In this document: positions 47,431-61,808 of the stretch, one piece after another | Layout of the letters: each line of letters opens with the position of its first letter | How positions within the stretch are numbered: position 1 is the stretch's first letter | Assembly: GCA_964234715.1 (NCBI GenBank) | Contig: OZ174276.1 | DNA from: Podarcis melisellensis | Taxonomy: Eukaryota | Length of the DNA: 64,000 nt | Direction: 5' to 3' (one strand) | Translations under genes and position numbers: made by a program | The notes under the pieces: model-generated | What the model saw: the letters and a program-made list of their open reading frames with translations, nothing else | Told to the model about the DNA's origin: nothing | Databases searched by the model: none

Positions 47431-50196
47431 GCCTGATTCCCTTCACTACTGTTTTTGGGAGAGTGCAGGGGGCCCATGATCTGACTAAAATTGGGCAGTC
47501 TCAGTAGTTGAGGCTTGTGGGTTTTATAAAGGACCACTATCTTCTTTCCCCCCATAATTTGAGCAGATCTCAACATAATAAGAACATGGTTTTAGCAATC
47601 TAGGTGCTTGATGGAACAAAACTTCAATAGCTGGCATTTGCTAAAATCCCATCATTGACATGACTGGCAATTCTAATGGGAGAATCATTGACCCTTTATA
47701 CTAGCATAGACATTCTGAACTCATTGGGAGTATGCCAATTTCGTGAGTCAGCAGATCATCCCTTTAAAATGCCATTCCACTGTATTCTATTGTCTGGATA
47801 CATCAAAAGAAATAACATTTAGGAGAGTTACAAGCATGGCCCATCAAGCATAAGTGAACAAACACTAAATAATAAAAAGAGAGGCAGACAATCAGAGTAC
47901 AGATACAATAACAGATCACAACGCTTTAGCCAACATGGTCCAGCACCCCAGAGGGCCTGACATCTATAGGGAAAACTGGGAAGATATATAAGCAAACAAG
48001 CAAACAAACAAACATGTAAGCATTTACATAGCACCATCCATGCAAGAAGTTTGCCATTCTTAATAAATATTAATGAATGAAGTCTCACACTATTCCTGTG
48101 AGGTAGGTATTATTACCATATTATATATGAGGAAACAGAAGCATTGAACATAACTTGCTTGTTTAGCGCTTGGATGGAACTAGATATTTCCTGTTCAAAA
48201 ACTCACTTGTTTCCTGCCTGGTGCATGTGAATCCCACACACCAGATCATCATCTTTTTACTGAACTGATAGGAAAGGGAGCTAAGCCCCTCCTATAGCAA
48301 ATGCACAGGTGTGCTAATAGCAATACATCATGTACATTCTGCTAATTGTGCCAGTTTCAGAACACAGTAAAATCTGAGTTTACATACTGCTAGTTTACTG
48401 CAGGTCAGTTTCAACTGATGTCATCCCTCTGCAGTCTAAGCTGAAATATCAGGGAACCTATGCTTTAAATAGCCACGTGACAGAGGGGAACTCAAAAGGT
48501 GCAGCTCCCCCCCCCCCATCACTGCAACTGTATACTAGGATAAGCTTTACAAACGGAGCACTGCCCAAAACAGGCTGTGTGGTTCAAGTGGCACTGTTTT
48601 GAAGAGAAGCAGCTATCCTTGGTACAACTGCACTACCCATTAGTGCAGTTGTGCTGCTTCAGTACAACTATAATACAGTTTTGACTGCACCAATCAACTG
48701 CAATAAATAAATACAATCTAAGAGGGTGCGAAGCCCTTTCCACACATACGGAAGTGACAGGAGGGTAGACAAGCCTTCTAACTGCAAATGTTTTACAGGC
48801 GAAGTACAGCTTGAAAAAGTAACAATAAAACCAAACTACTCTCTTGTTAGCTGCTAAGTTTTGTACAGAAAGGATTATGCCTATTTCATTTACCCCAATA
48901 GCACCTAGTAGAAGGCCATCCATAATATGCTGATTTCACCAAATTATAGGTCAGTTGAAGAAAAGGTTAAAGGGGGAGGGATACAGCATTGTCTGCTTGA
49001 AAAGTTGCTATATATCTGTTTTTCTTTCCTATGTAGGCCAAACAATGACGAGTTTTCTTTGTTTAAACATCAGATGAATGCCTGGAGAGCTGCTTTACCC
49101 CCTTCTTCCCCACTAGATGTCACTGTAAACAACTGAACGTCATGGAACCATGATGCAGATGCTTCTTAGTTACTTTGTTTATTCTCTGTACATTCACATA
49201 GGGCACATCAATGCAGTCTTGCTGCGAAAACAGAGTCTTTGTATAGGCCTTCATGTTTTAAATATGTTGATATGCCCTCTGGATAGAGATGGACTCATAA
49301 CTACTGTGAAAAACAGTATTATTGGGTGTGGGAGGGTGTGGCACACAAGTTAGAACATGAATCAGAAAGTGAGCAAGGGAAATTATTGAGTAGGAGGAAT
49401 AATTAGGAAGCAACAATGAATGGAACAAGTTACTAAGGGAGTCTCTGTCACTGGGCATTTTTAAACAAGGTTAGAGAAATATTTTTTATGGTGGTTTATA
49501 TGTAAATACACTTATTCAGGAGTAGATAGATTAGATGCCTTATGACCTTCCAGCTCTAAAATTGTGCAAAACAAGCCTACCAGCTTCCTTTATCACAACC
49601 AATAAAAACACAGATGCCAAGGGAAAGTGGTTTGCCTGTGGAAGGAAGAACACTAGCTGTCTAAAGTCCAGGAATGGATAAAAATGCTCATCTTTAAAAG
49701 TGGGAAGGCTCCAACGTTTACTATCCTTTTCCATGCTCACACACTTTGCTGATTGCATTAGTCAATGATTATTTTTAGTCCAGGCTAGTTTGAATACACC
49801 CTTCTCTTTCTGGAACAAAGGCAGCAATAGTGGTATAAAACACTTTCATTTATTTGTAGGGTGGATATGTCCATGGGTTACTATTCTGCCTAACTAAAGT
49901 ATTTGCACTCCTAAATCAACAAACCATTTGCCCAAAGTTACTGTTTTACCCACATTTTTGCCCTCACTGCAACCGTCTATTTGTATGTGTGTGGTTCCTA
50001 TTCCTATTCACATTTTTAAAAATCGCATTTTCTTAGGGCTGTTAGTCTTCATTGTGCGTGCCTATCTCCTAGGAATTAACAAGTGAAACAGGCTTTTAAT
50101 ATACGCACACCTTTTAAAAATAGTTTGTGGATGATGGTCTTGTTCATATATTAGCCCTCAATCCTGTGAATACACTGGAGAAGAAGGTTCATATCA

Positions 50197-50341
50197 GCCT
50201 GGATAGCTCAGTTGGTTATGTGGTGCTGATAATGCCAAGGTTGCAGGTTTGATCGCAATCTGGGACAGCTGCCTATTCCTGCATTGCAGGGTGTTGGACG
50301 AGATGATCCTCAGGGTCCCTTCCAACTCTATGATTCTATGA
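50197..50341 (+). mobile_element. tRNA-Ile-derived SINE with CR1-like 3' tail
   Basis: Head TAGCTCAGTTGGTTA..GTGGTGCTGATAATGCCAAGGTTGCAGGTTTGATC; tail GGTCCCTTCCAACTCTATGATTCTATGA. Confidence 0.78.
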
Positions 50342-52557
50342 CTTGACATGCCCTATAACTATCCCTCCTCTCCCTCCCACCCCTGCCCCATGAACATAAG
50401 ATGAGACAGAGTGTCTCATGCAGAGGCAAGGGGAAATCATGTGAAACTGGCTTGTGAAATCAAGTTGTGAAATTTGGGCCTTTTTGTGAACTGTTCGCTG
50501 TATGTGATGCGTGGTGTTATGCGGTGGGTGAGAAGAGTACATGTCTGCTCCACAATGTGAAAATGCCTGTTAAGTGTGTGGACCAGACCACAGTCTATCA
50601 ATTGCTACAATTTCCTCCAGTTGCAATAATAAACCCCAGAAAAGTAACAGGAAAAGGAGAGGACATAGCTTCTATCAACTGAGCCACAGTTTACTTTACT
50701 TGTAATAGTATAGCCTCTACATACGTGTGCAGTTCTTGAACAAAGCGACAGGGAATTAGATAATAAAAACAATATAAGTCTTAAGTACTACATCTGCTAA
50801 AATGCATTATTAACTAGGTAAATTAGTTATACACATATAGGGGAAAAACATTGAGCAAGGATGTGTGCAATTAAATAATCTTTCAAATGAACTGCCTGAA
50901 ATCTTTGGGAGTGTAATAAATTTAGAAACAGACATGCCCCACCCCCATGCCTGCATTACCTGTTTTTGTGTTACCTATAATAAGTAGCCACACCCAGATA
51001 TTAATAAAATGCATGCTCTCTAGAAAGTTGCAGAGCAGGACCCAATCTCTGTAGTTGGCTAGGGGTACGTGTGCAATGCTGGATGGCAAGGCACATGAAG
51101 AATCCCTTTTGGAAGAGCCACTTTCTCACATTTTTCCTTACATGGGATAAACTCTGAAGAAAAAAAACATGTATAGCACAATTCTTATATTGGGCTAAGT
51201 ATTTGCTGCACTTTTTAAGTGAGAAGACTGAACAGCCATTTCACATGTAATATAAACATCTTTAAAAACTATGCAAGCTGTTTTTTGCTTGGAGTGCAGC
51301 CAAATATAAGCAGGATGGGAGTTTTAAAACTTGTGTTTATGTGCAAGCCGATTTCCCCAGTTGTCTTTTTATTTTAAAAATACTGTTTTTCACAACAGTG
51401 TCAATGGCAAAATAGTAGGTTCACAAGACCAAATCCATCTCAACCCCACCCTACCCACCCCAAATTTGGGCTGATTATGTACAAACATTCTAGTCTTGAG
51501 AATGAATCAATGTGTGTTCACATCATGGTCTGACCTGTGTTCAGAAATCTTGATTATTATTATTTTTTTTTAAAGCCCATCTTGGGCTAAATAAAAGAGT
51601 GAATGATACTGTCAAGACAAAATATATGCCCCTGAACGTTAGCCGCCATTGTTCTTAAAGGGCAATACATAATACTTAAATTAGAGCTCACCCCCCTACT
51701 GCATTCTCTCTCAAAATAGCAAAATATTTTATGTTTGGGAAGATTTATAGGGGAAGGAGACCCAATCTTGATGACATCTACTTAAGGAATCATTGAAGTT
51801 TAAGCAGCACTAGGCTTTTCCAAAGGGTGCTTTCTTATGAATTCTGGAGGCTGGTTTGTTTGCTTTAATTGTTCAGAGGGATACTACAATTTACAGCTCA
51901 GACAAAAGCCACATTTGAAAAGCTACAATTGAAGGCTTTTCTTGATTGCTGCCCATTCCCAAGTTATCAGGACACAGAACATGCTCCAGTGGCAACTGTC
52001 AAGGTTCTTCATGAGCCAAGACATGTTGAACGGCCACAGTAGGGCACAACATTCTGGGTCAGACAGATAACTCAATAGTAACTACAGTTTGTTTAAGGCT
52101 TCCATGTTTCCCTTTCATTCCTCTATTTTCTTAGCTTCAGGCACTGCCACCAATGCCAGATACCAAAGAGAAATATTAGTGTAGTGGCCAGCTGTAGTTC
52201 ACTGAATTCTGATTGCCTTGCCTCATGTTCTAGAAACGAGAGAGGGCAGAGCATAGCTCAGTGATAAAACATAGGTTTCGCATGCAGAAGACACCAAACT
52301 CATCCATGGTAGCACCTCTATTTTAAAGCATTTAGGGCAGCAGGCCTGGGATTTGGGGCAGCTGGCAGCCAGAACAGGCAATATGATGCTAGAGGAGCCA
52401 ATGATCTGACTCTATAGCAGCAGCTGTATATGTTCAACAATAGATCTCTCCTTGATTTGGAGAACAAACATTGTTTATATCTAGCAAGCAGTGCCCTAAA
52501 TCATAAGTTGCCTTATTCATCTATGTAGAATGATTCCAGCTTGAAAATCCATTGTTA

Positions 52558-52582
52558 GGAGGAGGAGGAGGAGGAGGAGGAG
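52558..52582. repeat. (GGA)n microsatellite
   Basis: ~8 perfect units. Confidence 0.9.
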
Positions 52583-55091
52583 AAGCCTGGATCTTGCTAA
52601 AAACGGTATAAATTTGGTTAAAATAGTGGCCTGAATCTGTTAAAAACATGACTATGATATTACCATTCACCCGTTAAAATGCAAATACAAAGGAATTTAA
52701 TTACACTTAAATCTCATTGAAATCAACCACTGATTGAACTACATTTTATCTGGAATGAGTCCTCTGTGCACAAAGAATTATTGGTATTTTTGCTTCCAAT
52801 TAGCATTTTCTAAAAGTTTATCCAGTTAATATATTTTATTGCCTTTCAGGCTATGGGCCTACACAGTGACCTTTGAACATTTCACAACATCCTGCCAAAC
52901 ACCCAGTCTTAAATACTTCAATGTTATGGCTGTAAGAATTCAGTAAAGTTCAGTAACAGTTCAGTTTTAAAATTAACTTCAGCTAGTTAAAATTTTTAAA
53001 TCAGGTAAACTACTGTGATTTATTACATGTTTATAATTGCAGATGTATAGTTAATAAAAGGGATTGGGCAGGGGCAGAACCTGTTTTAGGCGTTTTTTAA
53101 TCAAGATTCTAGCTATGCACTAAAAACTCTGCAATACGAGAGCACTTTACATACACTTCTTTCATAAGATGCTTTCTTGCCATCAGAGAAGTATATGGTA
53201 TTGGCAGTTTGTAAAAGGAAAAATGAATGCTAGACTTTGTGTGTCCATTTAAATAATATCATTGTAATCATGTAATCAGTATTGCTGATCTTCTCCACTA
53301 AATCATCTAACTTTCATTCACAATACTTCAAGACTGTGCTTTTAAATAGATTTTGTAAAGAATCTCTCACAGTTCAGTGGAGTACATTAAAACTTACCTG
53401 GCATATATAACAAACAAAACGGCTGCCAGTGCTAAGTCCCTAAGCTCTGTATCACCGTTAAGAATGATCAGACACACAATATGGCCATCTCAGCAACACA
53501 GAAAGGGCATTCCTGCTAACGAAGAAACACTTAGCTTCACAGAGCTAATTTCAAGTCTTTGCATAAAACTTTCAGCATCACATTTCAGGGCAGGAGAGAT
53601 CTTGTGAAAGCCCGCCTTCTGCAGGAGAAAAACAAGACATTTTTCATCTGTAAGCTGCCTGAATGGAACGAGACACCCACGCAACATTCCTTACCTTTTC
53701 TTTTGGTTTTCAATTTCTTCAACAATCAAGATTCATAAGAGCATTAAGTGTCCACACTACAAGCATACCACTTCTATCTCTACAGCAGCTCAGATTTGCA
53801 ATGGGGGGGAACGACTATTCTCAATTGTTACATTTTATGCAGCACCCACAGTAGGAAAAGCTACTTTAGATGCGCCATCACATAATTTTGTTCTGAATTG
53901 CTATTTTTTGCTTAAGCAACACTGCCAACTACTAAAAAAAAACACCCTATAGTCTTTGTTCTTTTAGCTGTCCATTTTTGCATCAGTTGGAAAGTTTATT
54001 TCCTACAGCCACTGTCCCATTCTAGTAAATATGGATTTGCTCCTGGATGTCAAAGTAGCAACTGCATTTCCTCCATACTGGATTCATACCGTTGATGTCC
54101 TCTGGAACAGGTGTAGCTTCAGAAAAGTGTTTGTTGCTTTACGATTAGTTATCTCAGGTAAAAATGTATGAAGGATGCTTCCAGTTCTTTCAGTATGTAA
54201 CACCAACATAAGTGGCTTTTTAAAAATCAGAGTGAAAAAGTACACACCTTTTAAAAAAACAAGCAATAACCTATTTCTGATTCCTGGGTTCTTCTTAAGA
54301 AGTCTTAATCATCTAAAGATCAAATATTGGTTTTATAAATTTCAGCAGCAGCATCAGTCTGAGATTCCTTCAGCAGGAAGGCTGTAAAAATGGCTGTTTT
54401 TGTTTGTTTTTTTGCATTCTTTCTAAGCAGCTTTTGTTCATATTTAACCGCAGCAATGAAGTAGGAACCCTCATCCCCCACCCCTGAAAAATCCTGTACG
54501 AATATTGCAGGCTGTAATGCTGCTGTAACGTTGGCTTGTTCTGCCATCAGCTTGTTAAATGGAAAGCTGGAACATTAATACATTTCTCATAGATCCCTTT
54601 GGAATGGGGATGTTCAGTGTAAGATCAAGGTTAGAATGAAGAATAACTGGAGTGCTTTGGGCATGTAGCCTACCACCTCCTCCATCAGGCAACTAAGCTG
54701 GCAAACACTGCAACTTTTTTTTTAAAAAAAAGAAGAGAAATATCATGTGCCTACTCAAGAGAGGTGACTGTTGTACAAAATTAAAACTGAGAGTAGGGCA
54801 AAACCTCTAGCATACCAACACCATCCCGCTGGCACTGCTAATGACAACTTGGTCACTCGGCAACCTCCAACAGCCGACTTTGTGCACACACTTCATCCGT
54901 TTACAGATGTCATCCTTGGATATTGCCTCAGCTGAGCTTCACCTTTGCAGCCTGGCAGCCAGGCACATGTTCTGGAAAAGGCAGCTCTTCTTCAGACAAA
55001 GGACACCCATGGAAGGAGTACACAACAATAGGAATGAGAAACGGAAAAGGAAAGGGGAAAGAGAGCAAAGCAATAAGAATGCAGATCCCCT

Positions 55092-55201
55092 TCAGGTCTT
55101 GTTCTCATCATACATGTCCAAGACAGGTTCGATGGAAGAGAAGTCATTCTCATAAACCAGGCTTCGAGGAGAGAGGGAATTACGGTGAAAGAAGTGGCCA
55201 C
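55092..55201 (-). CDS. RNF130: RNF130 alternative terminal exon (xGHFFHRNSLSPRSLVYENDFSSIEPVLDMYDENKT*)
   Basis: Acceptor GCTTCTTTCCTAG|GT; phase 1, same as the 61902 exon; 36 codons to TGA; part of ORF 55092..55277. Confidence 0.7.
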
Positions 55202-58200
55202 CTAGGAAAGAAGCAACAATAAAAATAATCCTATTAGGAACGAGGCAGAAAAAACGAAGCGACTCTGCTAACAACAAAGTTTACGCATTTCAATCTACTT
55301 TTATACCAAGGTCACAGAAATGCAAAAGAAACATCAGTTTTTTTAAAAAAATTAACCATCGTTATCTGGGCTATGAGAATTATTGGAAAATTAGAAAGAC
55401 CTCTCTTTTTCCGGTAATAAACCCATTGCATACTTCTGTATGGACATTGTAATACTATAGGTTTAATAAACTCTCAGCTGATGACATGTAGGTGTGATCT
55501 TTGGATGAAGGGCAGTATACAAATTTAATAAAATAAAATTAAAGGTAGCCTGTGTATGAAACAGTTGCCAAGAAGGGCCGCAAGGACTGTGTGCAGAAGT
55601 GTGCCACTTGTGTTTTCTGCAGCAAGCAGTCAGTGCTGTTACATATTATACACCTGGAAAATAGAACTTCTGCAATATATCCAGATCTCTTTCATCAGTC
55701 ACAGTATGAACAACTGCAGAGGGAATGCTCCCCGCAACCCTGCATGAAAGAATATTGTGCTCCAACTGCCTGTTACTTGGGACTGCAGAAGCACACTTTG
55801 CCCCTTCCCCGACACCAGGCAGATGGCCTATGATCATAAGGCAGGCAGTGACAGTCTTATCTTTAAACATATGTATAACGCTTAAAAGTTTAGGTGTTTT
55901 CTAAGTGTTAAATATTAATACCATTCTATCCTTTTACATCTGTTCAATAATCTGGTTACAGATCTGCCTCGTGTCACATTTGCCTATCAAGTTCTCTCTC
56001 CATTCATTTCCTTCAACACAGACTGTCCATTTTTGTTAGGAAATCCTTGACACTTTCCTCTTTGTTATTTGGGTCATTTCACCCACATTGCTCTGTATTC
56101 ATCAATTCGTTGTAAGCTTCCAAGACATTTCTACCATCCCTCTCATCCAAACTTTTACCTAGTATTCCCCCCCACCCACCCAAGGCCCCGCAAAGAAGCT
56201 GCTTACATCACTGTAGTAAGATGCTGGAAAAAACAGATTTCTGCTACAGTTAGTTGACTGACAGTCTAAATTGATTTCGATCAGAGGTTTGCTTCTCACT
56301 GCTGTGAAAGCAGCAGTATGGGCTAAATTTAAACACAGCCATGGGCTTTTTGACTACAAATTGGTTCAATTTTCCTGATCTCTGTGATGAAGACTATATG
56401 CCTACTCTCAGAGTGCACTAAGAAAAAGCTGTCATCAAATCTTGCTGTTACTAGCATGAGGAAGGCAAGCACATGTGTTATGTGCTTATTCTGTTGCCTT
56501 AAAGCAATCTGAAGCTTGCTTATAACTATAGCCTCTCCCTGCAACTCCAATTGCTGGAAATGGAGCCTAGTAAAGGACATGTTGCCTTGCAGATTGAAGG
56601 TTCTCTTGCCTTTTGACTGGGTTTCACAAGACAAGCCCATATCAAGAGACAAGAAAAGGACTGACCTACATACATTTTCACCTCCTCCCGTTCATTTAAA
56701 AATTCTTAGCTTATTTGTTTCCTAGCACAGCAACTTCGCTACATGTAATGAACAAAACAGAAATCTAGAAAGAACTGACCAGGTTCACTACGCTCATGAG
56801 GTCTGTTTCAAATGTTACAAAACTGGCTAATAAAATTTACATGCAGGCATTCAACATACAAAGAACCCATTTTTTCAGCTTTTCAAAACAAAAAAGGCAA
56901 AACAATGTTTTGGAAATTCACATGGTACTTCCTTCCTCCTCAATTAGACTTTTTCACATTTTCTAAAGCAAAGTCACTTCCTTATTTGTGACATTTCTCT
57001 GAACGTTTCAAATACATTTTGAAATATTCTATTATGGAAACTTTAACACACTTCATTTCTAATTAATAAAAGCTGCTTTCTCAGCTGACTGTTTCCTGAC
57101 AGCTACAAATTAAGCTACTATTTTAATATAGATGTTGGCTGCTTTCCCAAGTTCAAGAAGTACTTTTAAATCCCCAGCCCCAATATTTCTTAAAAAGCAT
57201 CATAAAAAAAGGAACGCCAGCTCCTTTTTTGATAGCTAGAAATGCAAACCGGCTTATTTTAATTAAACACAGTACTAAATTCAAAAGTAGGTTAAACTTT
57301 GATTGAACAAAAACACAAAAGGTTCTGGCTTTGGCCAGCTTATGCCTTTTTGTCTGCCTGATTCAATAGTCAATCTCATTAAGTCTGACATTAGCTTTTG
57401 GCTGGAAATCAAGAGCCCAACAGCTCTACATTCACTAACAAGGCCACTGTGGATTTTCTTTATAAAGAGCTGAATGATTCTTACTCTATGAGAAAAGAAG
57501 AAGAAGAATGTGCTGTGTTCAATGGCTTGGAAATGCAAGCAAGCACCACTACTGAAAAAGCAGCAGGGACATGAGATTTTGTGTCACTGACCCGATTTGA
57601 AATGGAAGAGCTTGCTGTGGAAGCAATCCTATACACCATTCATTTCCAATCACAATAGCTGAACACACTTTCACATTAGTGTTCAGTGTTGATTCCCTTA
57701 CGAGAATAATTTGTGATGTAGAAGTAGCAGAGAAGGGACAATTAGGTGGTTTGCAAGGAGTCAATTTTATTTAAATAAATCCCCCCCCCCATCTTTGATA
57801 AAGTTAAATTTAGAATTGTCAGGGGCAGCTGTGCCACACCCTGAAATTGAGGTCTCCCTGCAAGAGGAGCAGAATCCTGCCCAGTTGATCCAAAATCAGC
57901 TGCCCGAATCCTGGCCTGCTCGCAACACCCACCCAATCCATTTTCCCCAATGCCACAGGAAAAGAGTCAAGAGAGAAAAGAGTATGTATAAATGCATGTA
58001 TACCTATATACATTATACTATACCTATTCCTTTATTGATACATCATGTTTTTGCCAACCACTCTATTTAACCCCAACAACAATGAACGCTATCTAACCAG
58101 ACAATTTCTTCTTTTCCTGAATATTTTTTCGAACAGCAGAGAGCTGAGGTAATTTAGGTTGTTCAAGTGTTAGATTTTGTAATAACTTATCTAAAAACAG

Positions 58201-58754
58201 ACCACAATTGCCATTCTTTATATGCGGAAGTATTAAGGAATGAGAAACGGAAGACAAAACCATGAGGATGCCATGTTGTTGAAGCTTGTATGAGAATAAT
58301 AATAATAATAAAAATGAAATAACACAAGCTAAATGTTTATGTAGCTATAAAACAGTATATATCCGATAACTGGTATTTCCAGTTGTAATCTCTGAACAAA
58401 TTTGGAGTCATAATTATTTAAGTCCCAAATATTGCAAGAGGAGTTTCACTTATGGAAAGGTGATTGCTCGCCTCTTCTTTTCCACTACAACCCCCAAAAA
58501 GCTACCCTTGAGGACTGAGATACCTTCAGAGCATTATCGAGATACGATACAGGGAGCTGGAACAAGGGAAGCAGAAATCAAGCCCTCCTTCCTTTAGCAA
58601 GAACTGCTTCCCATTTGCGTTAGTGTTTCGTGGAAATCCATAAAGTGAGTGCCTTTTTCTAATTTATAAGTTAGCTTCAGCTTGTATACTAAGTTAAGCA
58701 AGTTCACAGAAGGAATGTTTGCTACCCTCAGACTTCTGAAAAGATTCTGTAGAA

Positions 58755-58890
58755 CAGGCACCCCCAAACTCGACCCTCCAGATGTTTTGGGACTACAATT
58801 CCCATCATCCCTGACCACTGGTCCTGTTAGCTAGGGATGATGGGAGTTGTAGTCCCAAAACACCTGGAGGGCCGAGTTTGGGGATGCCTG
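58755..58890. mobile_element. hAT-type MITE, same family as 49-184
   Basis: Same palindromic body with loop inverted; perfect 8-bp TSD CTGTAGAA (58747-58754, 58891-58898). Confidence 0.92.
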
Positions 58891-59059
58891 CTGTAGAAGA
58901 TCAAAGGGCCCTCCTGAATAATATAAAATGGAGCATGGTGGGCTACTAGAGGAGGGAAAGAATGGGAAACTTTACTCCTAGGATAAGTTAACTTATCTTA
59001 GGATCCAACCTCAATTTTAGGCAGTTCATCCTCTCTGCAGCAGCACCAGGCCTGCACTC

Positions 59060-59192
59060 TATTTCCAACATTTCTCCGATGAAAATAGGAACATCCTAAG
59101 GAAAAGCAGGACATTCCAGGATCAAATCAGAAACTGGGATGGCTTCTGCAAATCCAGGACTGTCCCTGGAAAATAGGGACACTTGGAGGGTC
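59060..59192. mobile_element. Probable DNA-transposon end fragment
   Basis: Repeated GGAC/GTCC subterminal-like motifs, ending GGAAAATAGGGACACTTGGAGGGTCT. Confidence 0.45.
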
Positions 59193-59469
59193 TACATCTC
59201 ATGTTGTTTAAGAGGGCCTTCTTGACTTTTCAGTGTAGCTTTCTGCAGAAGAGCAGGCATGCTGGCAAAAGGAAGGGACCTAAAACTTTCCTCCTGCAAA
59301 CTTCTGTGTTAACTTTTAGTTCAAGGAACTAAGCCTTGAATTTACAGGAGAAGTATAAGATCAAAATCTGATACATGTCCATACACTGAACAGAACTAGG
59401 TGGAAACATTCACTGGATGTGGGGGGGACGACCACTTTCCACTGTTAAGCGTATAATAAAATTCAATCT

Positions 59470-59642
59470 CAGAATAATTTTTTTATGATTGACCTTTTAT
59501 TGAGTCTTTTGTAATACAAAGCTTCAGCATTAGCAAATTATGAAAATAGAATGTACAAAACATATGCTTGTGTTACATGATCAAGAAATGATACATAAAA
59601 ATAAGCCGCTCTCTCTCCAAAGCGATTAGTCAAAGTGTTTCT
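59470..59642 (-). other. RNF130: RNF130 canonical 3' UTR with AATAAA at 59496-59501
   Basis: Short AU-rich UTR (TTTGCTAATGCTGAAGCTTTGTATTAC) followed by AATAAA; resembles the mammalian RNF130 UTR as recalled. Confidence 0.7.
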
Positions 59643-59658
59643 TCAATACCATTCAGTT
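59643..59658 (-). CDS. RNF130: RNF130 canonical last coding exon ((E)TEWY*)
   Basis: Strong acceptor TCTCTTTTACTTTCCCACAG then A ACT GAA TGG TAT TGA; phase fits; corresponds to mammalian ...NEVEWF*. Confidence 0.88.
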
Positions 59659-61808
59659 CTGTGGGAAAGTAAAAGAGATTATCAGTAATATTTTATTGTT
59701 GCTGTTTAATGCACAAATGTTTAAAATAAATTATGAGCAGAATAAAAACAACTTGCTAGTGCTTTCAGTCAATGGGAAGGAAGGCATACAGCTATTCCTT
59801 TTTCACAAGTGGCAAATCCGTAGATATTACAGTTAAAATAGATGGTTCATAAAAACGGGAACTAAATTATGAATTCTAGCTACCACCTTGACCTCCACAC
59901 TATGTTTAATTTATTTACTACACCTTTGGGGGGGTGAAATAAAGAAAAATACTGTACGTGAACACAATATACAAATTCTCCCGGCTTCCTATTATATTGT
60001 GTCATGTCCAAAATACAATCTCTGCATCTCCTCCACCCAAAAGATCAGAGATGGGGCACTATGTGGGAAACTTGCACATCTTGTTCCAGCATGGCAAAGT
60101 AATGACTGAAAGTGGTTTTGGATATCTGTAGTATCCATTTATGCAAGCATCATTTTTTACTTTTAGATAAAAAAATCTAGGAGGAACCTTCTAGTTTAAT
60201 GCAGCTATCATCAGTAGGAAATATTGTGTGAAATCCCTAAAAAATATTCCAGTCTCTTTTTGGAAATATGAAAGTAGCCAGCCAAAATGCTACATGAGTA
60301 AGTTGTAAGATTATTCCAGACCAGGGTGCTGGTGAACTAGTCAATTACTGTAAAATATGTAGCCTATATACCTCCTTCATGGGGCAGTGTGCGAGAGCAA
60401 GCTCTGTGTTCATGCTGCTCACCACATGTAGCGAGAACCATAATTTATTAATGTACATTTGCTTGCCAATATATGTTTGCTGCATAATTTGTCCTCCTTA
60501 CTTGCAGCAGACTGATCACAGGGCCAGGAGTTACTAAGTACACATATGTTGGTGCACCCCTAGTTCACTCTAAATTCTCGTCCTTAAGCTCTCTCCTATA
60601 CTGCACTTCTTGTAGGATGTACATCATTGTTGGATCTTTATCTCCCTAAACAATCTTAGACCAGGCTATCTCAAGGATAGTTAGTTTCCATATAAACCTT
60701 TGAGATGTGCCTTGGAAGCCCTGCTCTCTGTGCCATTACCTCAGGCCATTAGGTTGGCGGACACGAGATTCAGTGGCTGTGTTTGCACAAATTCAGGCTT
60801 AATCTGTTTCATGCACTTGTACACAGCCCCTTTGCTTCAGGCCCCTTGTCTCTTCATGTGAGTAAGGAAACAAAGAATCTACAGTTAACCATAACTTCTC
60901 CAGTTTGCAAGTAACAGGCAACTATGGTTAACTCTGGTTTCCTGATTTGTTTCCCAGCTTGCACAAAGAAATAAATGAAGCGAGAGCAAAGAGGCTGTGC
61001 ACAAATGCAGGAAACTCGTGCACATCATACTACACAAGCCAGCACTTGCTTGGTGATAACACTGCGCTGGAATCAGGAATTCAAGAGACTCTCCTCTAAA
61101 CATAAGCTAAAAAAAGTTTTCCTTTCAACAACTATTTAAAAACATACAGCGCTAAGCCTTAACTTGATTCTTCATTGATTGCTGCTTTTAAATTGTTATC
61201 AGGAATTGTTTTTAAACTTGTGCTTTAGTGATAAAAATTATTTGTTTTATTGTATTTTTCATTGTAAGCTGCTCTTGGTTCTCCGGGAGCAGAAGAAAAA
61301 TATTAAATAAAAAATAGCATCCTTACTACTCTCTATGGCACTTCCCTTAAGCTTCCCTATTGGAATACGCTTCCTAAATATAATTCCTAGACAAATAAAT
61401 AACATTCAGTTATCTAAATCTGAACAGGCACTATCTAGGCTTGTTCACTCAAGTCCATATAGGCAATGATCCTTACAATTCTCCCTTAATGGTAGGCTTG
61501 CTAATATAAACTTAACCAAACAAGGAGTGCAAGCACGCATATCCAGACACAAAATGAATAAAAAGCAGGAGTGCCAGAATACAAAGTAAAATTGAACGAT
61601 AACGCATCTTCCCCTTAAATAAAAAAATGTACCCTCCCTTTGGAAAACCTATCCTCAGATGTTCTAACAATCTGATATTGCAACTTAGTAAAAGAACGCT
61701 GTATTCTGGATGTTTCCCAAATCTCGTTCCTTCTAATTCTTCAACTCATCATTTCTTTACAATGCTGCCATATGGGTAGGCACACTCACAATCTGAACAT
61801 TTACTTAC

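Noticed and set aside
50197-50270. tRNA-like sequences (also 13098-13172)
   Set aside because: Degenerate stems and direct fusion to CR1-like tails mark them as SINE heads, not tRNA genes.
55914-55935. Minus-strand AG|G ATA GAA TGG TAT TAA (IEWY*) mimicking the RNF130 last exon
   Set aside because: No pyrimidine tract before the AG and no UTR similarity. The 59658 site has a strong acceptor and RNF130-like UTR. Probably chance.
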